From Lingula anatina (taxonomy: Eukaryota; Animalia; Brachiopoda), in contig CM120645.1 in the NCBI GenBank assembly GCA_051362555.1, positions 7,378,001 to 7,442,000 on the forward strand: 64,000 nucleotides of DNA. The letters run 5' to 3'. Shown here in pieces: positions 38,171-53,100 of the stretch. The number at the start of each line of letters is the position of its first letter. Position 1 is the first letter of the stretch. The position numbers and the translations under genes are program-made. A model generated the notes under the pieces. The model was not told where the DNA came from, searched no databases, and saw only the letters and a program-made list of their open reading frames with translations.

Positions 38171-40670
38171 GGTGATGACTTAATTCTGCAGCGCAAGTAA
38201 TCCTACGAAATCAAACTTCAGCTCAGGGCACGCTGCGTCTCCAGCGAAAGTCTCCTGGCAGATGACGCAGGCCTTGGGCAGACGGGTAACTTTTGCTCTT
38301 AGCAGGTCAGAGCAGCAATCGGGGCATCAGAGGGGGCCTTACATGGGGAAACTGAAACGGGACTTGGTGAAATAACGTTTAGCTTGACGTAAGTAATTAT
38401 CATGGTGTTACTATAAGCTAACGAGGTACTGTTTCACTGGATTTTAAAAACGTAATTGAAACCAATGCAAAACGTTTTAGCTCTACTGACAAAGTTTTTT
38501 TAACGAACTCGATGGAAAAATGAAGTTGCGCTGTCCTTATCGATTAAATTAATTGTTGTCAGAACACAGATTAGGTTATCAGTTTGTTTATTTAGTAGTG
38601 ATTGGAGCAGGTCAGCCCAGGTAAGCACGACTGACACTTTGCGTGGTCCCCGCGGTAGCTGTGGTATTAATTCCGGCTTCGACGTAGTACTGAACATTAT
38701 GTATTAAAAATTACTGTTGCCTTATAATTATGTCGTAAGTTGGTGAACAGAATATTTTAATGAGAAAACTAGTTATAGAAGATGCAAATAAAACGAAAAG
38801 GAGAAAAAAAAAAACAGAAACAAGACAATGAACAAACTACAAGAGTAAACATTGTCATACATTTTATTTAAGCAAAATATCTGCTGAAAACGATAATACA
38901 AACGTGAACAACTGTATGTGTCAGATACAGTAATATCAACCTAAAATGGCCCCATCATTCTATATACAGTGTAGATATATACAATGCAAAACAAAAATAT
39001 AAAAACATTTTAAAAACTGCTTACTGAACATACACAAAAATAATAATAAAGCAATAGCTAAAAATAAAAACTGTAAGTTTATTGTATAAAATAAGGCAAA
39101 AAACTTCAAAAACACACTTTTGCTGAGCAATGTCAATGTGCTAACTAATAAAACTACTGTAAAATCTTGCTTTAAGTAATTTTGTGTTTTATGTTGATTA
39201 TGCCTTTAACAGATCTTTATGGGATTTACGCAATGTTAACCCTGGATGTAGAATGAGGGAAATAATTGATATTGTCACCAAAAATAATGGTTAAGTATAC
39301 AAGCTTATAACATGTTTGTTTAGTCATTAAAAAAATCATGTAATTAAAACTTGAAATTACACATATTTCAAAATTCTTTGTTTTTATCTTGCACTTTTGT
39401 CAAAGCAAAGCCAGAAAGCATGATCCAAGGGTATACATAAGACACAATACTGAAATTGTCACTTTTGTGCAAAAAAATAATTTTAAAAATTATCATAAAG
39501 TAATACAGAATAAAAAAGATCTATATAGACCTACCAGTTGGGTCCCTCACAACCTAAATCACTGATAAAAAAATATTCCATTCTAAAAAAAAACTAAGCA
39601 GAACTTTAGACTCCTGTTAAACCATCTGCATACTGTAAAGTTATGCAAGTCATGTAGTGAAATTCAAGGCAAGTTTTAAAGGGTTCCTAAATGCAGCGTT
39701 GGTCGTCTGCCATGAGCTTAACTGTAATTTTACTCACACATGCCACAACAAACTTTTCAGTGTTATTTTTAACACAAGTAACTTCCAAGAATTTCCAATA
39801 TGTTGACTTTTTTCTTTTATCAATATAGGAAAACACTGGTTTTTACAAAATGTATGACCACCTGATAAAATATTGCAAGGTAAAAATTTATACCAATACA
39901 GTTCAGTTTTGGTAAAAGAAAATTCTATTAAATGTCATGCTCACAACTAGGAGTATATGTTGTTAATGAATTCTGTTTATTGAAAAAAAGATAGCTGCCC
40001 CCAACTTAACACACACACACACACATGCACACACACATACACATACACGTGCGCGTGCACACACACACAAAACACACAGCAATATGTACTAAACCATAGG
40101 TTCTAAACCATATATGTATACACCAATACATTGAGATCATCACATATTTCTAAAACTTGGACGGAATATTCTATTTTATCATGCAATTCAAAAAATACAT
40201 AAATGTCATGTAATTTCAGCAGTTACCATCACTGCTATCATAATTATTCAACAGTGTAAGTCACTGCAAAACACAATAGGTGAAATACATGAAGCAGAAA
40301 CAGTTGGATTACTGAAAAGAAATCAAACCATACACAAAGGCAGTGTATATTACAGCATGGCTTTAGCATCCCCAGTGATCCAAATTGGCAACCTAATGTG
40401 CAATTAAAAGGAGGAATTACCCAAATGGAATGCAAAAAATCTCAAGAGGACTATAACAAGTGAACCATCAATACATTCAAGCAACCAACTGAATTATAAA
40501 AACACAGCAGTGGATAATAATCAAATCAGAAAACACCGCTCTTGTAAAATTGTATCTTTAAAAAATCTAATCAACTTGGTTCAGAAACTATGCAGTTTTC
40601 AAAAATTTCTGTCTTCTGATTTTTTGAAATCATATCACTTTATAACATGATAATAACACAAACACCAACT

Positions 40671-42971
40671 TCATTTGTGCGACTTTCTTTTCTTTGCAGG
40701 TGGACCATTGGTGACCTTGACACTGGTAGGGGAGCACACTGGGGTGTCTGGGATCTGAAGCTCCACGTATTTATCCATAAAAGGTTTCACAGTGCGCCAA
40801 ATCTGGAAAAAAAAAATTATACATAAATAAATAAATAAATATGTAATGTGACTGTTTCCTATAAAAGTGCACACATGGTGTTTTTGCACTTATATATACA
40901 GTATATACTATATATTGTGTCAAATGTTTCATGTTGCGCAAGAATTTCAACTTTAAGAGCAAAAAGATCAATTTAGAGACAGGCAGAGTGGAACAAACAT
41001 GGTTTAAAAGGTGTCTTAATGTCAGGAATTTTACCTTTTAAGATATATTGGTTTTAATGATCAAATGTGACGTGAGAAAAGAAAAAAAACAGACTTTGGA
41101 ATTAACTGCTGATTGCATCCACTGAAGTAATGTGATTAAAACATTGGTGATAGTGGCCAGACTGTTTGTTGGCTCCAGGTTGGTTGATTTATTGGCTTGA
41201 TGTAAGACCTAGACCCCATTTCCAGAGATTAGATCGATCTACTTTAGATCAACCTAACTCCCTGGGGGTTCACGCTAAATAGCTGTCAGCCGAGCAGGCA
41301 ATAAAGTTAATTACTCCTTTACAGCTTGTAGTAGGAGGGACGGACATTTAAGCCGGATTATCTGACAGTAATCTAGTGAGACTCCCCGGGGGGATAGATA
41401 GATATAAAATCTATGGGAATGCCCCCTAGACAAAATCTCTTACCCATGGACATAGGGACCATTCCCAGATCCTATCATACCAACTGTGGATCAATCTATC
41501 TCCAAGGGAATTCTCACAAATTGCAATCAACTTAAGCAGCTTAGATGTCTGTCACGCCTACTGAAGCTGCTATAGGGGGTAATTATTTATCGTTTAGCAG
41601 CTTCAGTAGGTGTGCCAGACATCTAAGCCAATTAAGCTGAAAGCAATTTAGTGAGAAACCCCTTGGAGAGGGATTGATCCTGTTAGATTGATCTAGGAAT
41701 CATTGGGAACCCAGTCATAGTCCAAAATAGTGATAAGCGGGCTATAGTTGTATGTCACAATCTGCGGCAATGACTCAATCTTTTCAATGGGCGAAATTAT
41801 CAAATACTTAATTTTATAATCACAAAAATTAAATTTTAAGAAATTATAACTTAAAAATACAGTAATTGCAAAATTCTCAATTTTGACCCTTAAAAAAGAT
41901 TGAGTAATTACCCTATGTGTTACAGGATATTTATGTCGCAATCCTCCAGCTGTCACAGCCCTACTTCAGACATTAGTCAACAGAATTTATCTCCTTTCAT
42001 ACTGCCTCAGTAAAGTGGGTAAATACCATCAAGTACAAGTCCAAATAGCTGTATTTTTTTAGTATCATTAACAAATTTCCTGGGTCTAACTGTATTTTCT
42101 AAGATTAATTAATTGCCCTCCTTTCTTGACTTGCCATAACTGTGGGAAATTTTTCAAGTCCTTAACTGTGGCTATATGTGGCTTTTTCAACTTCTACCAT
42201 CGCTTTGAGCACTGTTTTCTAGGTTTTCTAGGTTGTGTGGGATTCAAAATTGAGTCAGGATGGTTGACAGGTGGTGAGTTTCATTAGGAGGTGCAAAACC
42301 AAGCTATTTTGGTGACATTTAATTCATGGCATTCATATGTTAAAAATTACCGAAAAATATCCTCGTCTTCAAAAAAGTTCAACCGGATGTGCTAATCTCA
42401 CACTTTGTCCCCTTAAGATAACCCTTTTTATCAAATTTTCAAGATAATTTTTACTAGATAGAATAAAGGCCCATTCAAAACTACTGAAGCCACTCACTAA
42501 AACAGGGAGGTTTAACTGCACAGATGTCTTCGTGATTATGTGTGCACCCCCATAGCAAGCCCTCAAATTCTTTTCACTAAGATACCCCCACAGTGACTGC
42601 TCACCCACCTCTTTCAAGAAAAAAGTAAAAACAAAGTAAAATAAATTTAACTTATCAATAAATATCCATTTAAAAGATCTTCTTTAGCAACTCAGAAAAT
42701 TCTAGCTCAACTATTCAAATATTTTTCCAATATTTGCCATTTTTAGATACATAATTCATGATTCAGAAGTTATACCCCCACTGAGATAAGATCTCTCACC
42801 TGTTCCGAACGGAGCAGCTTGGTGACAGCTTCTATGTCTGGTGCCATGAATCTGTCCTTGTCCCAGGACCTAGAGAACAGAGGTCATAGATTTTATTAGT
42901 CTATGTCATTGATATCTATATGTGTGATTGACGAGTGATAAGTCATGTTTGAATTTTGGGGGCTGATGCTC

Positions 42972-43022
<51 letters not shown>

Positions 43023-46000
43023 GGGGGTTGGCGACCACAAGGATTAAAAAACAGTTTTAGACAGTACAGCGATGAAAAATTGCTGTTTTTTGCTAGCTAT
43101 ACTGTTCTTTTATTTTGTTTCATTTATTTATTTTATGGGGGAGGGGGGCTATAGTGAAAAGGGAACCTTACATGTACATGCCCCCACTATACCAGTATTG
43201 CATAATTTTAACTTATTAAGTTATTGTTACATTGGCAATTGAACTGATATAACTAATAATATATTCATATCATATGGAGTAAACTTTTTCAACCTGTTGC
43301 AGTATACAGTTTATACCAGTAACTTTAAAAAATCAGTTACTTTAATTCATAATATAACTGCCAATCCATTTAACTAAGGGGTCACATTTTTTACTGTCAA
43401 ACTGGGCAAGGAAAACATACACACCCTAAAAAGAACAGAAAGTAAATCTGCAGTCATTTTCATGATGGTACAAGTAAATCTCAAAGACTGAAGAAGCAAA
43501 TCATTAAAAAAGAAAAAAAATCAAATGCATCTTGACTATCTGGTTGAGCAGCAAATCATCCTAACAAGTTGAAAGAACAACTATTCTAAAAAAAGTTTAA
43601 AAACATTTAATGACCTCTACAAGTTACAGGAAAAAAACATGCACTGACATCAATCACACATGTATTTGCTAGTGATAAATAACATATTAATTCAGCTAAA
43701 TACCAACATCCTTTACAGAGTATACAATAACCAGTGTTAAATTAGGATGTTTTCCAGTGAAAGATCACTGTGACCTTTTCTGGCATTATCAGGCTAATCT
43801 AGTGTTAATAATTATGGGATGCGATGGAAGGAGAGTGAGAAAGGGGAATTCTTACCTACACCTGTATTGGATAAACATTTTCTTGGATCAATGCATCATG
43901 GTTTTAATTCATCAAATGGCCAAAAGATGTTCAGTAAAAGCAAGAAAGTTGGCCATATTAGATCTCTGCTAGACCTAGGATATCTATAGGGAAAGGTTAG
44001 GGGTCACATATGCCACAAAAGCCCTTTCAAGCATGTATAATTGGTACTTTTCTAGTCTATTCAAAAATCAAATCACCCAGTTCAATTATAAAAGCTTCTT
44101 ATGAAAAAAAAATAACATATTCTATAAGACAAAGATGACCATCTGCCCCAGCAGTAACTATATATATCATCAATGCATTTAACTTCAAATTAATACTTTC
44201 TTCACTGTTGTGAAAATGCAATGATCAATTGATAAAATTCAATTTGGAATTAACACTCACTTGACCACAGTTCTGACCAGTTTGTGGACCTCTTCCAGAG
44301 GAGCTGTAGTCTTCAGGGGTCTCAGGAACTCTATAGCTTGGCAGGCTGACAGGAGTTCTATGGCCAATACTGTTGAAAATGGATACAGATTTGCTTCATG
44401 AAATACAGATTTCGATACAGATGTGCTTCATAAAAATTAGTATCATCAACACTGATTAAACACACAACTGCTTCATTTCTGAAACTTTTCCATTGCATCA
44501 GATGTGCCAAAGTTACTGCACATCCCAACACACTGAACCTCTGCTCTACTATAATCAAGGAGTTATAACTGTTATAACTCCTTGCTATAATCACCATGTC
44601 AACCTTACACCCACAAATTATTCACTCCAATCTCTTCTCATTCAAATGACCCAGTGTTTATACTATACCACAAGTTATATACTTGTACTATACCACATAT
44701 AATTTACCCTGTATTGTACCACACATACCTTATCCTATACTATACCACATGCAACTTATCCTATAGTATACCACATACCCTGTACTATACCAAACATAAT
44801 TCACTCGATTCTATACCATAATAACTTACCCTGTTCCACGTTCTCCACCACCATCAGTGCTTTCCTGGCAGACCAGCCCCCCATGCTGACATGGTCCTCT
44901 GTCCCAGCACTGGTTGACAGGGAATCCACGGAGGAGGGGTGACACAGGGTCTTGTTCTCTGACACTGAAAAAAAATTAAAAAAAAGGGTAATTGGTCATT
45001 TTGAAAGAGCAAAACTGAATCATTATTTCAGTTAATTTGCATGATAGTAAATGATAATTTTGTGAATAGCAAAATCCTGCCTATGGCCACATTCAGAACC
45101 ACTTGATCCACATATTAACTAGTCCACAGGTCAAATATGGCACCCCCTTGACAATGGATCTCGGCCTCCAACACATGCCATCAAAGTAGGTCCAGAGCAA
45201 TTAAATCTCAGCATGCATTCAAGTGGGTGGCAATATATTTGGCCCACAAACTAGTTAGTCCTTGGATGAACTGTTTCTGAATGCACCCTATGCCAGTGTA
45301 TGTGTACCTACCTAATGCTGCAGCAGTGCAGTGTGCTATCATGAACCCTGAGTTAAGACCACCACCACTGGTGAGGAATGGGGGAAGCTCACTTAATGCT
45401 GGAAAGGTTTGTGAAATAACCATCAATAAAGAACAAGTCACTCTATATGTGTATAATCTACAATCAGCAGCTGTGGGGAATTTTCTCGATCTACTCGCAA
45501 TATGCCATATTTTGTTGGCTTTCTGGCCATTTGCCTCTGAGGATGATGGAGTTAATGTTAATTTACATGTAGCTTCTGTCTGAAGTTGTGAGGTCAGCAG
45601 AGAAAAGCACCCCTCATCAAATTATTCAGTGGTTATATCATAACAAATAGACTGGTTAAAACATTACCTAGGAAGTGTAAATACTGAAAATACTGCTTTA
45701 GTCATAATTATCTGTCCTACAGAAAAAATGCCTGTAATGCTTTCTTTATCTGTCATTAAAGCTGTGGTAATAGCAAATTTTAAAACTAATCTATTTTGTT
45801 TTTTAATCATCTTTTACCAGTGCCATATTGAACTGATCAAAAATTGCACTGGAAAAAATGCAAGATTAATGTACATAATAAAGTGTAGTGGGAATTTTTA
45901 AGCAATAAATGATTAGTATTATTATCATTATTAATGTTGCTTTAAGTGAAGTTTGCTTATACCTGGATTTACAAGTCTTTCGGTTCTCCTCTCACTCATG

Positions 46001-49000
46001 TTTGCAATTTCATGGATCCCAATGGCAAGATAATCAAGAGCCTATTGAAAAAGGAAGTAAAAAAGTTTTCTTTTTGTATTTCTACAATGGTTCATTTAAC
46101 AGATATGACCATTTCATTCTTTAAATCTGAAGTAGCTATCAGAACAGCAGCCAATCTGGTGCACTGTCCTGTAATTCACATTTTCAAAATCAACTACCAT
46201 TTTTTGTCAATATTAGCTCAGATCTACCGAAAAGGTTTGAGGTGATTTTAGAGTAGAAGTGCATGTATGTATTTAATCAGCAAAGAGGGATTGGAGAATC
46301 TTGGGCAATGTGCTTGTGTAGTGCATACCTTTGCAGGATATTCTCCATGGAAGTTCCCACCAGAAATGGATTCCCCACGATCAGGGAATATCATCTAGAC
46401 ATCTGGTTAAGAATTTCTCTTAAAAAATTTGAATTGAAAAAAATGTGTGCAAAATAAACATTATATTCCAAAGTGGCCATATACATTTTGACCCACATCA
46501 TTAACATATTTAAAATGTGTACAGTTTGTATCCAGCTAATCAACATAAAAAAAAAGTTGGCAGTGGGGTGGGATGAAATAACCACCCTTTTGTCCAAAAA
46601 GGTATTTTTGAAACAAAATTTGATCTACTAGTTCTATTTCTCTTCTAAAATTTCATTAAAGAGGGGGGTTAAAAGGTCAATTTTTCACTAAAAAATCCCT
46701 TTGAAATTTTTTGACAGTCTTGATGTGGCATTGAAGTTTGTGTTCATGCAAAGTATAAATACATAAAATCACCCAGATTTAAAACCTAGAACAATGGATA
46801 CAGGATTGTCAGTAGCACTGTTCATTTCCACAGTGAGAACTCCTTTTACAAAGTCTACAGTATCATGGACCACACCATGGACCTAGAAATAAGAATACTT
46901 CCATCAAATAGTGTTATGTGACACATCTTGTCTTTTTTACTTTTTCTTTTCAAACTTTATGTAGCTGATATGCTTCCCCTAACACTCTCTTAATCTGCTT
47001 GTATTGAATATTGTTTGGTTAAAAATTGTGAAATGCAAACAATGCTTATATTAATAATTGAATATATATACCAGGTAAACTTTTTTTGGCAGAATTTTGT
47101 TATCTTTAACTTCATGTTCCTTTACTATCACAATGTCTTTTAAAATACCAGAGTGAAGTGTCCAAAGCACTACTAGTACATCTTTCCCATCTCACAATCG
47201 ATGTTTTGTTTTTTATAGCTTCAAAATTTAAAAGCTTTTTTTTTATTTACTTATTATGTTTTTTTTTTTAAATTTCAAATCTTACCTGTGGAGTGCAGCG
47301 AAGTGTGTAAGCGTCCTGGACACGGTCACAAAACCTGTGACTCTCTGCAAGAAGATAAGTGAAAATCTTTAACAATTAAAAAATAAATGTTATACAACTG
47401 TAAACGCCATTGGAAATGGTTCCATTGAGTGATATTTTTATGGAGACATTTAAAACAAAATAATACTTTATAAGGTTAAGTTTTAAATCTGAAGAAAAAT
47501 TTAACATCATGAGGCTCTTGCCAACTGGCACCATCACCCTGGGACAGACCTTGGGATAGTCCCTGTGACGGACCCTGTGAAGGTCTTTGGGACAGATCCC
47601 AGGATAGACCCAAAGATAAACCTTGGGAGAGACCTTAGGACTAAACCTGAGATAGACCTTGGGAAGGACTTTGGGATAGGCCTTGGGATAGACCCTGGGA
47701 TAGACCCAGAGACAGACCTTGAGACAGACCTTGGGATAGACCCTGGGGTAGACCAGTGCAGATCCAATGAATCCAAAGTGTACTTTTACCTGCTATCTCT
47801 GAGGGGTAGATAGTGGAATGGAGCAGAGAGCGCAGTCTTCTGGCCACCTGAATCTGGCCTTTGTGTGGACGCAGTTTATGGATGTCTGAAATAATTTTAA
47901 TAGGCATTAATACAGAATTTAAACTGTGTACTTTAATTTTTTTCAAATTTTTAAAAATGTACATTCTTTCATTTTTATCATTTTCCCTTCACTGTTTTCT
48001 TTGTAAGATTTACAATTATTTTCTGAACTTAAATATATGAAAAAGTTTTGATAACAGGCCCACAAATCTTTTTCAGGGTGCATGGCATAAAAATCTATTG
48101 AAAAAATTTTAACACATTACCCATTCATTTTGTACTCATGTTATACCATATATGTATTGCTGTTCTCATCTTACCAGTATCAAATGCCTTGGTTGTTCCT
48201 TTCAGAACATCAATGGTCAAAGCAGCAATCACATCTCCCTGGCGAGCAGCTGTCCCAGCTCTCTCCACAGCTGGAGAGATAAAAATTGTGACACAATCTC
48301 AACTAGCACAATGTTGAGTATCCTGCACATCTAAGCACATTTCTCAATTCACTACATATACAGCTCATTAAAATAAGCACAAATAACAATACAATTACAT
48401 TTAATTCATATGTAAGATGAAAGAAATAAAACTTATAAATGAATACTTAAAGTAGTGATAAAAATGGTTGTTAAGTATTTGCTACGTTCAGTAGCTCTAT
48501 CTAAAAAAAGATTAATTTTCATGTACACTAAAACTGTTTCATAAACAAACTAAATTTGAAATAAGAGTATTATGCAGTAGGCTTTAAAATGTTAATAAAA
48601 AACTATCATCAGCATCCACTTTAAGTGGCACAGGGAAAATGCCCTAGAGGCACCTTAAGTTATATTACCACTATAATTTGTTGTGGAACTGTGTATTTCT
48701 CATAAAAAAATTTAATGTACACCATACCTTCTATGCCAAGGGCAGTAATAAGTTGGGTACCATTGATGGCAGCCAGACCCTGGAATTTTCAAACAAATAA
48801 TTTCATTTTTCTCATGCAACATTCAACAAATTGATTCCTCACCAAGAAAATCCGGGGGTAAATAAATCTAGGCCCATGGGCAAATACATGACACATGCCT
48901 AAATGGCAATGGGTGTACATTTTAGCTCATGCATGATTCCCAAATGACACCCAAGTCAACATACACATATTATTCAGTGACAAAACAATGAATGTAAGTC

Positions 49001-50026
49001 CATCCATCCCATTGAATGTCATGCCCTATTACTCAGTATTTTCATTACACCGTTGATAAACAAATACGGTTAATCAAGCCTCACCTCCTTTGCTCCAAAT
49101 TCTACAGGTTTCAGTCCATGAGATTCTAAAATCTGCAATGGGAAGAAAATTTATGTTCCAGTAATCATGAAAACGATAATGCCAATTAATTTATATCGTT
49201 GAGTACATAATATATTTTTTCAACACTAGGTACAATGCACTCAAAAAAGGTTTACTGCTCCATTAGACTATACAGTCATGTTGTGCCCAACAGGTTATAT
49301 TTTATTTGTGTGAGGTCTTTTGTTCAGAGGAGGCAATTAAGCCTATTTTTTTTTTTAAGATTTGCAAACCTTCCACATTTTGATTCTAATGTATCAATTT
49401 CTAACATTAAGTGTATCAACAAAATAAATGTCCAAATATTTTTTTTTTCAAATCAAAGCATGCTGAATTAATTAAGCTATAAATTAAAGCATGCCGAATA
49501 AGTTAAACGTTTAACACTGTTATAAAAATTTGAAGGTAAAATGGTGTCAGAATTCTACCAAAATTTTTAAAAAATCATATTTGAATAAATTGCCATTTTA
49601 GCATATGGCAAGTACTCAATCTTTTCATTGGGGGGGGGGGGGGAATAGTGAATTTTACAGACAGGGTAATTTTATAAGACATGACTTCTTTAAAGTAAAA
49701 CATTCCTATTGAGTGGTAGCAAGAAAATTAAAAGCAGGTCATTGCACAGTTATACAGAATATAAATTTTGTGATGATAAAATTATGTATCTGAAAGTTTG
49801 ATAGTTTTTGCCCATTGAAAAGTTCGAGTACATGTAATTACCATATATCAACTTACATATTTTGCCTCTCCCCATCCACTCTCTGGGCTCCACATCTTAC
49901 CCTCCCCCATGAGCCCCAGAGCCAGATGAGACAGGGGGGCGAGATCACCACTGGCGCCCACGGTACCCTTCTCTGGCACCCAGGGTAGACAGGATGCTAA
50001 ATAGAACAAAGCAAAATGGCATTGCC

Positions 50027-50121
<95 letters not shown>

Positions 50122-53100
50122 CGTCCTTACAAAACTTAAGATTTTTTCCAGAAAACAATTTTTAATTTTTTCTTGCTTTTTAAAAAAGTAATAAAGAACT
50201 TAATGAAAAAGAGACAATTCAAAGAAATTAAGATTATTCCTGGATGTGTCAGTACTCATAATATCTTGTACAATTATTAATGCACAATAGACAACATGCA
50301 CACTGCATATTGTCCTACCATTGAATGCATCTATGAAGTGACCCATGCTTTTCCTTGACATGCCACTGTGGCCCTTTGCCATGACGTTAATTCTTAAGGC
50401 CAGCAACATGCGTGTGCGCTCAGGCGAAAGAGGTGGACCAACACCAGCTGCATGTGAACGAATCAAGTTTTTCTGCAACTCACTGACAATAAAAAATTAG
50501 ACAATTATGTCTGTACATATGTTAATTACACCTTTAAGAAAACATATGGTTAACAACTTCAAAATAATGAAAAGTACACATTCATCCACATTATATGTAT
50601 CAAATAAGACTTAAGTAAAATAGCGGATTTTATTTTTAATTTACCAATTCAAACATGGAAGAATATTATGGAAAATATGTATAATGATGACTCAGCAATA
50701 ACTGCCCATTAATTACAAAATCTGACTTTTCTTTACCATCTAATCGCAATGTCTAGACTTAATAAACAAGTAACTTCCAATGTGATATGACCCCAAAAAT
50801 CTAATCACTTTTCACTCAGATGAATTGAAATAAATTTCAAGGTTATAAATTTGATAAAAAGTTTTTAGGAAATAGACCAGACATGGTCATAGTTAAGAAT
50901 TTAATGTGGACATTTTCAATACCTAATCTCTTTTAAACCAATCAAAGTAAATAACTTGAACAAATTGTCTTTATAAGTATCATAACTGAAAACCAACTTA
51001 CAGCAGCTTTTCTTGTTCAATAACAACCCTTGCAAACTTGCCAAAGCCAGTAGTGACTCCATACACAGCTGGAAAGTAAGAATAATCATGTCACACTTTA
51101 TTCAACTTGGAAAATGGCATGTTAAAAAAGGAAGAAGAATCAATAAAAAAAAGTCTAATGGAGAAAAACGTTCATTTGTAAACTATCAATCAAGATGGAT
51201 TCCATCAACATTTTCAGAAACCATTTCACTATTACTGTTAATATATATGTACATATTAAAATGAATGAGCTTATACTCATTACACAGGATATAAGAATTT
51301 AAATTACTTTTATTTTCTTTCACCATGCAATCAAGCAGGGCTCTTGCCTTGTCCACCTTTTCCCAACTTTCTGTAGTTACCTGGGCAATGAAAAAATACC
51401 CCAGTGATTTTAACATACAAATATAACACTGATGAACACGTATTATTTGATTTTTTAGATATACTAGTAAAGTCATGACATCATTTGGAATAATCATTGA
51501 GCATCACAACATGAACTTTCATTTGCGCCAGAGACCAGTTTTCATTTATCTACTGTAGGACAATACTGTAGTTTGAAAATGTTTTCTACCTTTATTTTGT
51601 ACTCCCCCTTCCCTAGCCTCATGAGGTCATCAGCTGTGAGGCTACTGCCATCCAAGTGAATGTACTTCAATTTTTGAAAAACAAAATGTAATAATCAATA
51701 AATACATACTGGGTAATGAACATTACAGATTTCTGTTTGGTGAATGTTGGAATGAGTAAGCACTCATACAAAAATGAATGAATAACTACAATCAATGAAT
51801 ACATTAGGTAAATAAACCTAAAGACTGACAAATAAAGGAAAGTACACTGTACCTGTGAAATAAATTCATAATTGGACGAGAAATTGACTAAACATGGGAG
51901 AAAAGAACAGATTTCAAGAAATAAAAGCTAAAAAAACAACAGATTCATGGCACAGATCTTCAGCTCTCTTTATACCAGCATCAATGAACAATGTCAATGA
52001 ACTTCTGTGTACTGAGCACAACTACCGGTACAGCCTACCCAAACCATTCGGACACATTGTGTATTTTCGCGTATTTTCAAGTCAGGCTGGGTCAGATCAG
52101 GTCAGATAAGAGGTGCAGTGTTTACTACAGTATAGGCAAGCATAGAAAAAATCAATTAAAAATTTGATGTAAGTTATTGGGTTCAGATTACATGAATTTC
52201 TTTAAGTCTCTTCATAAAATATGTGACTGTATAAAATCGCTACCCTGGTTTAAAAGTTGCACTTTTGGAAGTAAGTTTTGCTGTTTTTCTCTGATCTGAC
52301 AGATCTAGAGATTTTGCAGAATGCAGCATTTAATAATTCTAATAAATAGAACAAAACACAATTATGATATACGTACTCAAAATCTGGTAAAATTGACTAA
52401 TTCTTGTTAAATGGATTGGCTTGTTGCTAAAAAGGTGAAGGCAGGGTGACCAAAGAAAAACAGCAGTCTGAGGTAAGGGACCCAGACATTAAATGACCTT
52501 AAAATGCTGTCAATTGATTGGCTGATAAGTAGGTTAAGCTGGTTCTGTACTTAAACGTGCAAACAATACTTCCTTTTCAATACCATTTTCGTGTATTCTT
52601 AGGTTAAGATACACAAAAATTTGGAAATTTTAAAAGTCCACGGTGGTTTACTAAATTTTAAAATACTAAATTCTTGCTCAATGCTTCTTTTAGAAGGGTA
52701 TGCATGCACAGTTATCACTTTCAAATTAAAACACATAGGGGAATATGTTCAGTTAGACATAAAGAAATGTCACTTTTCTGTAACATTTTCACTGTTTTTT
52801 TTAAACTAATTTTTTGAAAATTAAATAAAACTTTAAAAGACATGATTGTTAGTTTATTACATTCATGCTAAATGAACTCACCTCATTGGGTAGAATATAT
52901 GAGCCTGGACTTGGATAAAATGTCAAGGAGTTCTTAATGAAAAAAAGTCATAACAACATTGCTGTGCATCTTAGTTTGACAGACCTGGTTAACAGCCAAG
53001 TTTTGATCAAAAACAAAAAAAAAAATTGCCGTAAGCAAACTTATATTTCTTGGAAGTAGGGAATTTTCCATTTCTAAAAATAGGATTTCACTTATTAACT

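Noticed and set aside
47534-47964. Repetitive ORFs (GLSQ / PGSI / DLG repeats)
   Set aside because: They are translations of a 12-bp intronic minisatellite.
49994-50191. (RE)n ORF
   Set aside because: It is a translation of the (GA)n microsatellite.
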